Below, one piece after another: positions 7,382 to 17,812 of a stretch of DNA of 60,854 nucleotides (the first letter of the stretch is position 1; each line of letters begins with the position of its first letter). The notes beneath the pieces were generated by a model. The model was given only the letters and a program-made list of their open reading frames with translations. It was not told where the DNA came from and did no database searches. Position numbers and translations under genes: made by a program. Source of the stretch: a virus (Duplodnaviria; Caudoviricetes). Where the stretch lies: positions 1 to 60,854 of the IMG/VR virus record IMGVR_UViG_3300028145_000004; one strand, written 5' to 3'.

Positions 7382-9589
7382 ATGCCGCTCCAGCCGTTAC
7401 TCGAACTGAACCCAAAACTCGAAGTAGGCGAAAAGCTCTCGCCGAATCTGCCAATGGGTGCGGAGGGGGCAGAGTCCGATCGGCGCGTCCCGATGGAACG
7501 GGGCGACCTCACGGAGTGGATTCGCAAGGAGCTGAGTCAGGCTGACCCGGAGATTTCAAAGTTCCGAGAAGCCGGCTTGCAGTGCGCGCAGTTCGTTGCC
7601 GGAAACCAGTACGACCCGGAGACGCGAAAGATCCTACGCATCGAGCGTCGGCCCGACACTGCGTTCAACTCCGTACAGCGGTTTGTGAACTACATCTCGG
7701 GTGTCGAGAGGCGCACCACGAAGGCTCTGATTTACCAACCCGCCGTCATCGACAACGCGCTGCAGCAAGCATTCGGCGAGTTCATGACCAACGCGTACGA
7801 AGCAACGATGCGTTCGTGCGGAGGTGGGTTCGAGCGCAGCCGTGCATTCGCCGACATGCTGGTCACGGGCGTGGGTTGGACGGACACGTACATCACCAAG
7901 AATCGTGACCCGAAGGGCCAGATCAAGCATGTGCGCGTGCCGTGGCGCGAGATGCTGTGGCCCGACTGTTCGGACGAAAACATGATGTCGACGCGGTGGC
8001 GTGCGCGTGAGCCGCTGATCGACAAGTACGAAGCGGAGCGACGGTGGCCGAAGCATAGGGCGCTGATTGCAGGTGCGGTCGGTGGTCGCGGGGCTGACGA
8101 GTTTCCCCAGAAGTCACCCGTGTTCTACACGGTGCCGAACATCGAGACCGAGCCCATCGACAAGCAGGGTACGATGCCCAAGAAGGCGGGCAAGGTCTGC
8201 GTCACGGAGTTCCAATACTACGACGACGAAGACGGGCGCGCGTTCGTCGACCCGGTGACCAAGGAGACCGTATGGCTCTCCGACGCCGACTTCCGCATCT
8301 ACGAAAAGCGGCTGCAGATCATGGCGCCGAATCTGCGCGTGATGGCGGACAAGGCAACGCACCGCGTGTATCGCGTCGCGTATCTGCTCAACCGCAAGTA
8401 CATGCTCGACGAGCCGAAGCGACTTCCCGGCGACCGCTTCTCGCTCAACTGCATCACGGGCCACTACGACGAAGACAACCGCATGTGGTACGGCTTCGTT
8501 CGGCTGCTGATGGACCCGCAGCGATACGCGAACAAGTTCTTCAACCAGCTCATCGAGATCATCGGCGTGTCGGCGAAGGGTGGGGCGATTGTCGAGGAGG
8601 GTGCGTTCACTACCGACGCGCAGCGCCACGACTTCGAGAACACATACGGCAAACCGGGCGCAATCAACATCGTTGCCGAGGGCGCGTTGAAAGAGGGCAA
8701 GGTGATGCCCAAGCCCGCCCCGCAAATGCCTTCCGGCACGATGGAGATGCTGCAGTGGTGCATCGGCAGCATGGAGCAGGTGACCGGAATCTCGGCTGCG
8801 TCTCTCGGACTGATCGTCGACCCCGGCCAAACTCCCGCAACGCTCATGCGCCAACAGCAGCAAGCGGGGCTCACCGTTCTCGCGCACGAGTTCGACTCAC
8901 TGTCCCGCTACCGCCTCGAAGACGAAGGCAAGACGATTGCGGCGTATCTCGGTCTGCTCGCCGACGGAAGGCTCATGCGAATCGGTGCGCCCGAAGCGCC
9001 GCAGGTGATCCAGTTGCTACGCGAGCCGTTCAGCGTCGAATACGATTTGCTTCTCGACGACACCGAGCACGACCCGACGCTGCGTGCGCAGTACAGCAGC
9101 TTCCTGCTCGAAGCCCTGCCCGCACTCACGCGTCAGGGACTGTTTGTTCCGCAGATGCTCGACTACCTGCCGTTCCCCGTGAAGATCCGCAACGCCATCA
9201 AGGAGTCCATGATCGCGCAGCAAAAAGAGCAAGAGGCTGCCGCGAAGGCGGGTATCAACCTGAAGGGGCGCGGCACACCTCGGGACCCACGCGAAACAGA
9301 GGCGCGCATCGCCGATATCCGCTCGAAGGCAATGCTGCATCAGGCCAAGGCACAGTCGCTGTTGCAGAACAGTCGGCGCGAAGATGTCCGAACGCTGCTC
9401 GACCGCTTGCAAGCGCAGCGAGAAGAACGTATGCAGCACGCCCAGCACGGTTTGGAACGGGAGGGACACATGCTGGAGCGAGACAAGTTGGACCTCGATT
9501 CACAAAAGGCGGCGGCGAAGCTCATGACGGACATGGCGAAGGTTCACGCGCAGCGGGACGCGGCGCGACGTAGCGGCAGCCGAGAATGA
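7382..9589 (+). CDS. Portal protein (P22-like)
   Basis: About 700 aa after terL; FVAGNQY, FNSVQRFVNYISG, YGFVRLLMDPQRYANK, MEQVTGIS; C-terminal coiled coil. Confidence 0.9.
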   Translation: MPLQPLLELNPKLEVGEKLSPNLPMGAEGAESDRRVPMERGDLTEWIRKELSQADPEISKFREAGLQCAQFVAGNQYDPETRKILRIERRPDTAFNSVQRFVNYISGVERRTTKALIYQPAVIDNALQQAFGEFMTNAYEATMRSCGGGFERSRAFADMLVTGVGWTDTYITKNRDPKGQIKHVRVPWREMLWPDCSDENMMSTRWRAREPLIDKYEAERRWPKHRALIAGAVGGRGADEFPQKSPVFYTVPNIETEPIDKQGTMPKKAGKVCVTEFQYYDDEDGRAFVDPVTKETVWLSDADFRIYEKRLQIMAPNLRVMADKATHRVYRVAYLLNRKYMLDEPKRLPGDRFSLNCITGHYDEDNRMWYGFVRLLMDPQRYANKFFNQLIEIIGVSAKGGAIVEEGAFTTDAQRHDFENTYGKPGAINIVAEGALKEGKVMPKPAPQMPSGTMEMLQWCIGSMEQVTGISAASLGLIVDPGQTPATLMRQQQQAGLTVLAHEFDSLSRYRLEDEGKTIAAYLGLLADGRLMRIGAPEAPQVIQLLREPFSVEYDLLLDDTEHDPTLRAQYSSFLLEALPALTRQGLFVPQMLDYLPFPVKIRNAIKESMIAQQKEQEAAAKAGINLKGRGTPRDPRETEARIADIRSKAMLHQAKAQSLLQNSRREDVRTLLDRLQAQREERMQHAQHGLEREGHMLERDKLDLDSQKAAAKLMTDMAKVHAQRDAARRSGSRE

Positions 9590-9710
9590 ACTTCCACGCC
9601 CTAGCCGAAGCGTGTCGCGTGTGGGCGATTCGCATGTCTCACCTCGAAGAGTTGCGACGCCTGGCGTACGAACGTGCGCAGAAGCAACAGCCGGGTATGG
9701 TGCTGCACTG

Positions 9711-9926
9711 ATGGCGAAGCGCGGAATAGATATGCGAGTCGATGATCCGTTGGATCGTAAGGCTGGGGAAAAGTGTCAGTTGTGCGATGCCGAGCCCGAG
9801 AAGTTGCGGCCCGTTCTCATATCAGGCGAGGGAATCATCGGGGGTCGTAACCGAACGACGGTCTGTGAAGAGTGTGCCAAGCAGATGCTTTACGATCTGA
9901 CTGGAATATCTGGCAAGGTGGCCTGA
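9711..9926 (+). CDS. Small zinc-ribbon hypothetical protein
   Basis: CQLC...CEEC; stop overlaps the next ATG. Confidence 0.4.
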   Translation: MAKRGIDMRVDDPLDRKAGEKCQLCDAEPEKLRPVLISGEGIIGGRNRTTVCEECAKQMLYDLTGISGKVA

Positions 9927-11179
9927 TGCCGAAGCCGGTGATTCTGGTTGTGGATCGCGGCGCATTTCTACCCTTCGGCCAAGCCCTCGTACCCGACGCA
10001 AGCGTGTTGTGGTTCTCGGAGTTTCGAGACGTCGCATCGTACGCGAAAAACGCGATGGTGGGACGCGACGTGCCGGGTATGGAGCGCGTCGACTCCATGT
10101 GGTCGTACATCGACGACGTGGACTGCGTTGCCTTCCCCGATTGCGGTGATGGCGACATGCAGTCGTATCTGCGTGAGCACGGCTATGCAGTGTGGGGCAG
10201 CGGCAAAGCGGAGATGCTTGAACTCGACCGCTACCAATTTCGCAAGCTGCTTGAGACTCTGGACATGCCGGTGATCCCATATCGACACGTCGTCGGGCTC
10301 GATGCACTGCGCTCAATTCTGCGTGACGAGAACGACCTGTACGTGAAGTCATCGTTCACACGCGGCGACCTTGAGACCTTCGGGCACAAGACGTGGCACC
10401 TCTCGAAGTCGTGGTTCACCGATCTGAAGAATCGTCTCGGTCCACACGGCGACGAGATTGAACTGATCGTCGAAGAGAAAGTACCGGGCATCGAAATCGG
10501 GTTCGACGGATGGTCCGTGGATGGCATGTTTCCGAAGCGTTCGCTGTGGGGCGTCGAGTTGAAGGATCAGGCGTTCGTAGGGCGCGTGCAGGACGTCAGC
10601 GACATGCCGCGTTGCTTGAGCGAGGTGAACGAACAGATCAGCGAGTCGTTGGCCGCTCTCGGTATGCGCGGCAACTTCTCCACCGAGGTGCGTGTTGCCG
10701 AGAACGGCACGGCGTATTTCATCGACCCATGCTGCCGCGCAGGTTCGCCGCCGATGGCGTGCCTCTCGGTGCTGGTGTCGAATTGGCCCGAGATTGTGTT
10801 GGGCGGCTCCCACGGTGAACTGATCGAAGGAGAGTTCGAGGCGGAGTACGCTGCCGAAATCGAAATCAAGAGCGAGTGGTCGACGCACAATTGGGGCGCG
10901 ATCGAGTTTCCTGATGAACTCGCACCGCTCGTGCGCTTGCGGCGTGCGGCGATGGTCGATGGCAAGTGGTGGGTGGTGCCCCATGCTTGGATGAATATTG
11001 TGGGCTCCGCCGTAGGGCTTGGCGACTCACCCGAAGAAGCCATCGACGCAGCAATCGACGTGGCTGAACAGATCGAAGGGCAGGACTTGGAGTGGAATCG
11101 CAATTGCAAAGACGAAGTGCTGACGCTGTGGTCGGAGGCACAAGAGCAGTGCGACAAGGCAACCACGAAGGCGGCGTGA
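9926..11179 (+). CDS. ATP-grasp fold ligase (PurD/GARS-like, divergent)
   Basis: LELDR...RKLL, LYVK, IVEEKVPGIEIGFDGW and FIDPCCRAGSPP, matching the ATP-grasp E/D-x-x-x-R-x-G-x-P motif. Confidence 0.75.
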   Translation: MPKPVILVVDRGAFLPFGQALVPDASVLWFSEFRDVASYAKNAMVGRDVPGMERVDSMWSYIDDVDCVAFPDCGDGDMQSYLREHGYAVWGSGKAEMLELDRYQFRKLLETLDMPVIPYRHVVGLDALRSILRDENDLYVKSSFTRGDLETFGHKTWHLSKSWFTDLKNRLGPHGDEIELIVEEKVPGIEIGFDGWSVDGMFPKRSLWGVELKDQAFVGRVQDVSDMPRCLSEVNEQISESLAALGMRGNFSTEVRVAENGTAYFIDPCCRAGSPPMACLSVLVSNWPEIVLGGSHGELIEGEFEAEYAAEIEIKSEWSTHNWGAIEFPDELAPLVRLRRAAMVDGKWWVVPHAWMNIVGSAVGLGDSPEEAIDAAIDVAEQIEGQDLEWNRNCKDEVLTLWSEAQEQCDKATTKAA

Positions 11180-11550
11180 GGCTACCGGCCTCGGTGCGTA
11201 TCGAGGTGATCGAGCACTCGCAGCAGCGTTATGATACGCCAGGTGATTGGACATTCGAGGCAGACACGCTGGTGGTCCGCGTGTCGCGAATGTCTAAGCC
11301 TATCTACGGGTGGCTCGTTGCCGTACACGAATTGGTTGAAGCGTTGCTCTGCTGTATTGCGGGCGTGACTGCCGAAGAAGTGGATGACTTCGATCAGTTG
11401 TGCGGGCGGGAACCTGGCGACAATCCATTCGCACCCTACCACAAGGAGCACGTGGCTGCTGAGATGGTCGAACGACTTGTCGCATTTCTCGCTGGCGTGA
11501 ACTGGCGGGAATACGATTTGGAAGTCAATTCGCTAGAACACAGAATCTGA
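11176..11550 (+). CDS. Putative metal-dependent hydrolase (HExxE motif)
   Basis: QRYDTPGDW...VAVHELVEALLC...PYHKEH; GTGA-coupled to the ATP-grasp gene. Confidence 0.6.
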   Translation: MRLPASVRIEVIEHSQQRYDTPGDWTFEADTLVVRVSRMSKPIYGWLVAVHELVEALLCCIAGVTAEEVDDFDQLCGREPGDNPFAPYHKEHVAAEMVERLVAFLAGVNWREYDLEVNSLEHRI

Positions 11551-11601
11551 ACCTTTTCCCTTTCGCAACAGCCTGTGGTAAGGGCGCACAAGGAGAACAC
11601 G

Positions 11602-12864
11602 ATGGCGGCACCAAACGAAAACACGACGACTCTCGATTACGTCCCCGGAAGCACGGCGACCTACGACCCATTCGCGGCAGTCGAGGCGCGCGACAATGCC
11701 AACATGGCGGCGCGCGGCGTGATCCCGCACGACCTCGCACCGGGCATGGTGCCCGCACCAACCGTGCAGGTGTCGAGCGAGCCCGTCGAACCCACACCGC
11801 CGCCCGAGCCAAGTTCCCAGCCAACCCAACTTCCACCGGAAGCCGTGCCACCGGCACCGGCAGCACCACCGACCCCTTCGGACTCGCCGCCAGCGACCGA
11901 ACCGACGCCGCCAGCCTCCTCCCCGGAGCCCGCGCCCTCTGCTCCGGTGGAGACGGCGCCGGTAGCGCCACCCCCGCCAGTCGCAGGACGTGAGCAGACC
12001 CCCGAGGAGCGCGCGGCATGGGCGCGGTATCGAGAAGAAGAGAAGCGCACCAAGGCTGCGATGGTGGAGCTGCAGCAAACGCGTGATCGTCTCGCGCTGA
12101 TCGAGCAGCAGCAAACGCAGGCCAGACTCGCCGAGCAGCAACGCCAGCAGCAGGAGCAATTGGCCCTGCAGGGCGAAGCATACCAACCCGATCCGGTCGA
12201 GCAGATGCAGGCGCAGATGGCGCAGATGCAGCAGACCATGCAGCAGCAGCAACTGACCTTCGAGCTGCAGACCCAAGAGCAGGCATTTCAGTCGCAGCAT
12301 CCCGACTACGCAGCGGCCCGCGACTTCTACGTGCAAAAGCAGATCGAGGAAGCGGACGCTCTCGGGCAGATTGCAGTCGTGCAGGAACGCGCCTTGAATC
12401 ATCCCGTCGTCGGGCCAGCAATTCGGCAGGCAGCCGAGCAGGCCGGCAAGCTCACGGTCGATGTCGCTCGCGAGACCGCCATTCAGATCATCTTCCAAGA
12501 GCGCAGGGCGCAGATGCTCGAAGGCGCGCGACGCGTCGGAAAGACTCTGCCGCAGCTCGTATACGAACTCGCACCACGTCACGGCTATCAAGCGCAGAAC
12601 GGAAACAGTGCCGCAGCGCCGGCAGCTCCAACAGCCGCGATCTCTGCCGCCGAGCAGGTTCGGCAAGAGCAGACTGCCGCAGCCGCGAACTCACTGTCGA
12701 ACGTGACGCGGGAATCGTCACCGCCGCCGCCGCGCATCCAGACCCGTGCGGACCTCGAAACGATGGGTCGCACGGACGTGAACGCCCTCAACGACTTCAT
12801 CGCCAAAATGGACAATCCGAACCGGCCCGGATACGACCCGAACTGGCTGGAGAAGATGGCATAA
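11602..12864 (+). CDS. Capsid scaffolding protein
   Basis: Pro/Glu-rich N-terminus, long Gln-rich coiled coil, FQSQHPDY motif; AAGGAG Shine-Dalgarno; between portal and capsid. Confidence 0.7.
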   Translation: MAAPNENTTTLDYVPGSTATYDPFAAVEARDNANMAARGVIPHDLAPGMVPAPTVQVSSEPVEPTPPPEPSSQPTQLPPEAVPPAPAAPPTPSDSPPATEPTPPASSPEPAPSAPVETAPVAPPPPVAGREQTPEERAAWARYREEEKRTKAAMVELQQTRDRLALIEQQQTQARLAEQQRQQQEQLALQGEAYQPDPVEQMQAQMAQMQQTMQQQQLTFELQTQEQAFQSQHPDYAAARDFYVQKQIEEADALGQIAVVQERALNHPVVGPAIRQAAEQAGKLTVDVARETAIQIIFQERRAQMLEGARRVGKTLPQLVYELAPRHGYQAQNGNSAAAPAAPTAAISAAEQVRQEQTAAAANSLSNVTRESSPPPPRIQTRADLETMGRTDVNALNDFIAKMDNPNRPGYDPNWLEKMA

Positions 12865-12865
12865 G

Positions 12866-13657
12866 ATGCGGCACGCGTGGCTACCGGCAGTTCTGTTGTT
12901 CGTGTGCGTCGCCAGTGCTGCGCACGCGCAAGCAACCCCGACGTCTCCACCTGCGACGTTCACGCCCGAGGCCACCGAAACGGTTCTCCCGAGTCCAACT
13001 GAGCCACCGCCCACGCAAACGTTGACGTTCACGCCAACCGCTACTCCAACCCCATCGACCACACCAACGAACACCCCAACCAGTACGGCAACGAACACAC
13101 CGACCCGTACGCCGACACCAACAAAGACTCCGACCATCACGCAAACAGTCGCTGCAACCGAGACGCCGACTAGAACACCGACACCAAGCCGCACTCCGAC
13201 GGTGACGGTGACGAACACCCCGACGATTACGTTCACACCGAGCCGAACCCACACCGGGACGCCTACCGTGTCGCGGACGCCGACGATCAGTCCGACGCCG
13301 ACGTGTGGGCCTCTCAACGACAAGCGCGGGAACCCCGACAACTCGCTGTGCAACGTGTCGTGCGCGGCAACGCCGTGTCCTCTGGGCACACCCGTACCCG
13401 CGTACAACGAACCATTCGGAAGTCGGAAGACGGTGACATGCGAAGGATCGGGGCAGAGCGTACAGACGTTGTGCTACCCGCATGTTGGCTACTACAGCCG
13501 CACGCCGATCCCGGTGGGGTCACCAATCGCGTGCCCGGGCTATCTCGGATTCGACGAAACCTTCGAGCAGTGCCTGTGCCAAATCGTATCGGGCACTGGC
13601 GCGGTGTCGTGTTGGGTTGATCGACTTCCAGATGCCGTGGCTCCGGTGCAACCATGA
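12866..13657 (+). CDS. Secreted Thr-Pro-rich protein with Cys-rich C-terminal domain
   Basis: Signal peptide ending AAHA-Q, long TPT repeat, C-terminal domain paralogous to that of 14142-15863. Confidence 0.75.
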   Translation: MRHAWLPAVLLFVCVASAAHAQATPTSPPATFTPEATETVLPSPTEPPPTQTLTFTPTATPTPSTTPTNTPTSTATNTPTRTPTPTKTPTITQTVAATETPTRTPTPSRTPTVTVTNTPTITFTPSRTHTGTPTVSRTPTISPTPTCGPLNDKRGNPDNSLCNVSCAATPCPLGTPVPAYNEPFGSRKTVTCEGSGQSVQTLCYPHVGYYSRTPIPVGSPIACPGYLGFDETFEQCLCQIVSGTGAVSCWVDRLPDAVAPVQP

Positions 13658-14145
13658 GGGGAGTTCCGATTCGCGTCAGTCCCAATACGTTCACGATTGT
13701 GGATGCTGAGGACGCACCATTGGTCAACAAATATTATTGGAGTCTGCATCAACAACGAGGCTACGTGCAGGGCAGGCGGCATGGGCCGAATCACGGGACG
13801 CACCGCTGGGTACTCTTGCATCGCCTGATTCTGGGCCTGCGATTTGGCGAGCGCAAATATGCAGATCACATCAACCACAACATCTTGGACAATCGTCGTG
13901 CGAATCTACGGTTTGCAACTCCACAGCAAAACGGCATGAATCGACGCACCAAGCATGGTGGCGCGTCGCCATTCAAGGGCGTCACGCGTGGCGGATGGGG
14001 ATGGCGAGCGCGCGTGCGCCTTGACGGAAAACTCCGAAACTTCGGCGAATATAAGACCGAAGAAGAAGCCGCCATGCGCTACAACGTCGAAGCGAAGAAA
14101 CTCTTCGGCGAGTTCGCCTACCTCAACCCTGTCGAAATGGGATGA
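13654..14145 (+). CDS. HNH-AP2 homing endonuclease
   Basis: [33 protein letters not shown]...WRARV...[23 protein letters not shown]. Confidence 0.95.
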   Translation: MRGVPIRVSPNTFTIVDAEDAPLVNKYYWSLHQQRGYVQGRRHGPNHGTHRWVLLHRLILGLRFGERKYADHINHNILDNRRANLRFATPQQNGMNRRTKHGGASPFKGVTRGGWGWRARVRLDGKLRNFGEYKTEEEAAMRYNVEAKKLFGEFAYLNPVEMG

Positions 14146-15863
14146 GACTCCACGCCACCATCGCTGCGTTGGTGCTGATCGCAAGCGCGGCATCGGCGCA
14201 GACCATCGGGGCAGGCCAGTGTTGCGAGTGCGCTGCAGCCCTGTGTACGGACTTCCAGGCGTCCATCGGAGCGCCCTGCATCGCGCCTTGCACGCTGATA
14301 AACAACGCGGTGTGCGCCAACTTCATCAGCGTCGGGGCTGCATGCCTGACCTTCACTCCGACGCGGACCCCGACCCTCACGCCGACTCCAACTAGAACAC
14401 CCACCCTCACGCCGAGCCTGACGCCGACTCCAACTCGGACCTTCACGCCGACCCCCGCAACGGATCATATCTACACTTTCTGCCTTGGGCCTACACCGAC
14501 GCCCGAGGACATCCAGTCAGTAGAGAAATCAGCCGCAACCTATTGCCCTATCGGCGGGAGTACGACGGACACGCAATCCTTTCCTCTGGTTGGCAAGCGT
14601 TCCTTCAGCGGCGGCGACTATACTGTGGCCACTGGTCTAGTGCGATGGCTTACGGGACCGACGTTGGCATTGACTCAGGCAGTTGGGGGAACCGGGACCA
14701 TCACGGTTGGAAGTTCTACCTTGACGGATGATGGGTATAGCCTCGGGGAAGATTGGTCGTTGTGGAACATTGCTGATCCGGGTGCCAGTTTCACCTGCTT
14801 GGAGCCATCGGATTCTCCTCCGTGGCAGGGGTTTCCGGCAATCGGTCAAGAACCACCTTCGACTGTTGGTACATGGACTTTCCCGCTTCAGATCGCGGCG
14901 CTCCCCACGTGGCTGAATACCGGCACTGGCGATGGGTACTCGTACGCGAAGGCGGCGATTCATTGCGCAGGCGACAATTGCAACAGCGGGAACGCGCCTA
15001 CCGGCCTCAATGAGGTGGCGCTGACAGAGTGGTGCTTTAGCGTTTATGTGAATGACGTTACGCCGACCCCAACGAGCCCGACGTCTACGCCGGCCCCGAC
15101 GTCTACACCGATCCCCGGTTGTTGTGGATTCGCGGGTATTACGGTGGACCCCTTTGCTGGTGCAACCTGCTTGGACCACACTACACCCGGACCCCCGTTC
15201 TCGTCGCTCGACGACTGCATAGCGGTCCTGAACTCGCTGCCGACGCCGCTGCCGGGAACCCCGACGCCTTACGTCGTGACGTACAACGGCGCGGCTACGT
15301 GCGCGACGCCGGGGGATGTAACGAGCGCGTGTGCGCTGGGGACGGGAACCGCGACGCCCGCAGTCACTCCGACGCCGACCGCAACGGGCGCTACCCAGAC
15401 TCCGACAGGAACGCCGAGCATCACCGCAACAATCACCCAAACGCCCACCGTCACCGACACGCCTTCAGTGACGCCAACCATCACTACCACCGCCACGCCC
15501 ACCTGCTTTCCTCAATTCGACAAGCGAGGTGTACCCGACCTGACGCTGTGCAATCAGGCGTGCGTCTCACCACCGTGCGACGGAACGTACGTGCCGGCCT
15601 ACAACGAGCCGTTCGGGCGCGTGAAGGTGATGACGTGCGAGGATGCTGCCGGAACGTCGTCAGCGGTGCCCCTGTGCGTGTCGCATACAGGCTACTACTC
15701 CAACACACCGATTCCTCTCGGGACGCCTGTCGCCTGCCCCGGCAAGTTCAAGTTCGTCGACACGTTTGAGAAGTGCACGAGCCGCATCACGGCGTGTAGT
15801 TCATGTCGGGTAACGTCGTGGATTGATCGGTTGCCGGATGCTGTTGGGAAAGTGCAGCCGTGA
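14142..15863 (+). CDS. Secreted Cys-rich Thr-Pro-linker multidomain protein
   Basis: Signal peptide ending ASA-Q; TP linkers; C-terminal DKRG.PD..LCN...VPAYNEPFG...DRLPDAV..VQP shared with 12866-13657. Confidence 0.75.
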   Translation: MRLHATIAALVLIASAASAQTIGAGQCCECAAALCTDFQASIGAPCIAPCTLINNAVCANFISVGAACLTFTPTRTPTLTPTPTRTPTLTPSLTPTPTRTFTPTPATDHIYTFCLGPTPTPEDIQSVEKSAATYCPIGGSTTDTQSFPLVGKRSFSGGDYTVATGLVRWLTGPTLALTQAVGGTGTITVGSSTLTDDGYSLGEDWSLWNIADPGASFTCLEPSDSPPWQGFPAIGQEPPSTVGTWTFPLQIAALPTWLNTGTGDGYSYAKAAIHCAGDNCNSGNAPTGLNEVALTEWCFSVYVNDVTPTPTSPTSTPAPTSTPIPGCCGFAGITVDPFAGATCLDHTTPGPPFSSLDDCIAVLNSLPTPLPGTPTPYVVTYNGAATCATPGDVTSACALGTGTATPAVTPTPTATGATQTPTGTPSITATITQTPTVTDTPSVTPTITTTATPTCFPQFDKRGVPDLTLCNQACVSPPCDGTYVPAYNEPFGRVKVMTCEDAAGTSSAVPLCVSHTGYYSNTPIPLGTPVACPGKFKFVDTFEKCTSRITACSSCRVTSWIDRLPDAVGKVQP

Positions 15864-16153
15864 TGGAACTCACCTTCACCGTCGCCGACTACCTGTCCGC
15901 CTGCGAGTTCTACGGCTCGTTGCCCAGCAGGCAGCAGAAGCTCTTCGATCGGTTTCCTCCGGGTTCCCGCTGGAAGCTGCGAGCGCACAGCAGCATCTCG
16001 CTCGAACGCTTCCATCCCTACGACTGGTTCGTCCCGATGGGATACACGGATGCAGGACGCATCGAGGTGTGCCGCATCGACCACAGCACGGGTATGCCGA
16101 CCTTCGGCAACCTGACGGTTCGCACGTCGGACCTAGTGCCGTTTGAGCACTAG
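15860..16153 (+). CDS. Hypothetical protein
   Basis: Coupled to the upstream gene. Confidence 0.45.
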   Translation: MMELTFTVADYLSACEFYGSLPSRQQKLFDRFPPGSRWKLRAHSSISLERFHPYDWFVPMGYTDAGRIEVCRIDHSTGMPTFGNLTVRTSDLVPFEH

Positions 16154-16190
16154 AAACACAAAAGCCACCGGGAAGATTCGGTGGCTCTTG
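16153..16190 (-). terminator. Hairpin terminator, possibly bidirectional
   Basis: AGCCACCG...CGGTGGCT stem with an A-rich tract on its left (T-tract on the minus strand). Confidence 0.5.
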
Positions 16191-16426
16191 CGTCTGTGAA
16201 GGTGTTGAGAGACGCCGACACGAAGTCGGACGGGATGGCGCCCTTATCCTCCTACGTCGCGTCCCATGTCAATACCCGAGACCACCCCGAGGCGTTTCAC
16301 AAGGCAACATAAAGGTCGGTTGAATGTGGTGTCGGTAGGACAAGCAAAGCGACCAGACACCTCCGACCTGCTTTCACCCGTCCGTCGCTTAAAGACGGCA
16401 CCATACCTCGGGGCGATCTCAGCTCG

Positions 16427-16777
16427 TCACGCCGTTGGTGCTGGCGCTACGTTGAGGGTCGGAATCAGGCCGAAGTTGGAATTGCCCGTCGCCGTGATGT
16501 CCACGAACCCCGACGTGCTGTTGGTGCCCGCTGTTCCCACCGATGCCTTCATGTCGACCTTCACGGAACCAGCCGACAGGAAGGTCAGCATGATGCCGTA
16601 CTTCTTGGACTGGAAGGGTGTCAGTTGAGCCGCCTCGAAGCGCACCGATGGGTCGGCGGGCGTGATGACGTATTGGAAGATCACGCCGGGGCTGCCGTTG
16701 GGAACGTCGCTGCCGATTGCGTTCTTCAGCGGCATGGTGACGAACACTGGTTGCAGAACTTGTGCTGTAGCTGCCAT
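16427..16777 (-). CDS. Beta-rich hypothetical protein transcribed divergently from the capsid gene
   Basis: GAGGAGG Shine-Dalgarno; minus-strand TTGACA (16829-16824) with a TATTAC-like -10. Confidence 0.6.
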   Translation of the reverse strand: MAATAQVLQPVFVTMPLKNAIGSDVPNGSPGVIFQYVITPADPSVRFEAAQLTPFQSKKYGIMLTFLSAGSVKVDMKASVGTAGTNSTSGFVDITATGNSNFGLIPTLNVAPAPTA

Positions 16778-16865
16778 CTCTCTGTCCTCCTCGTCGCGCG
16801 TAATACGTCCGATGGGGAAGCGGTGTCAAGGGTTGAGTTCAGACGTAACGGAACGCGGGCGGCAT

Positions 16866-17157
16866 TTGACTTTCACGTCCAACGAGCGTACACGCCTCAA
16901 TCAGGACCAGATGGCGTCCGTCAAAAGCGATCGTAGCACTTGAGGGAGCGTCAGCCCTCGCAGCACCGCTGAACGCAGGAGAAGCTGGGAACCTCGATCC
17001 GAGCGTAGCAACAGGTAGATCGCTGCAGCGCCGTCAAGTCTGCAGTCGGGTAGTTCGCGATCCGTCGAACGCGCGATCCCTTCAGGTAGTCCGTGGGCCT
17101 GTGCACCAAACCCCACTCCACGGAAGCGCAACCCTACAGCAGCAAAAGGAGACAGCA
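16866..17157 (+). promoter_or_regulatory. Capsid promoter and long structured 5' leader
   Basis: TTGACT-N17-TACACG at 16866-16894; several hairpins with (C/G)CGUC-like loops; AAGGAG Shine-Dalgarno before ATG 17158. Confidence 0.5.
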
Positions 17158-17548
17158 ATGGCCGAAACCATTGTTGCCGTGAATGATCCCGTTGCAGTAC
17201 AGGTGTACTCGCACCGTGTGTTCTTTCAGGCACTGCGGCAGACAACCGCAGCCAAGCTCATGGCCGTCGGGCTCAACGCCCGCGATCAGAGCAACTTCGT
17301 GCAGTTCTTCGACGAAACCACCAAGGGACCGGGCGACCTCATCAAGTACGACCTGATCCCCAACCCCTTCGGTCCCGGCGTCCTCGGTGATGCCCCGATC
17401 GCTGGGCAGGAAGTGCCGCAGAACCCCTTCCAGGACCAGCTCTACATCAACCAACTGCGGCAAGCGATTCTTCTCGTCGGTCGTATGTCCCAACAGCGAG
17501 TGCCCTACTCCATGCGCGACAACGCGAAGGTGGGCCTTGCCAACTGGT
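17158..17548 (+). CDS. Major capsid protein (N4-gp56/DUF4043 family), exon 1
   Basis: GPGDLIKYDL...GVLGD..IAGQE...LYINQLRQA...MSQQRVPYSMRDNAKVGLANW; reading frame broken by the intron TAA. Confidence 0.9.
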
Positions 17549-17812
17549 AAACCTTTGCCCTCCCGTGTGGCGACACGCGGGGAATGCACGGCGTGAAATG
17601 CTGGGAACCCGTAACGTAAAGTCGACGGCAATCAGCAGGGATGAAGCGAATGCTTTGGCCCTCAACGACTATCCCCATTGCGGGAGTACACTCGAAGCCG
17701 AGTGGAAGCGCGCCGCCTGCCACGTGCAGGATGATATAGTCTGGTCCCCGACGAAACTCGGGGCTGCTCATTCGAGCGGTTGCGACGTAGCGAGTCGCAG
17801 CGAACACGAACG
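17549..17812 (+). ncRNA. Group I intron 1 (264 nt, no ORF) in the major capsid gene
   Basis: P AAATGCTGGGAA 17596, Q AATCAGCAGG 17630, R CTCAACGACTAT 17661, S GATGATATAGTCTG 17730; exon ends in U, intron ends in G; splicing gives LANW-Y-KDMID. Confidence 0.9.

Noticed and set aside
13290-15863. Duplicated C-terminal domains as a diversity-generating retroelement TR/VR pair
   Set aside because: Both copies are coding, they differ at many non-adenine positions, and no reverse transcriptase is present.
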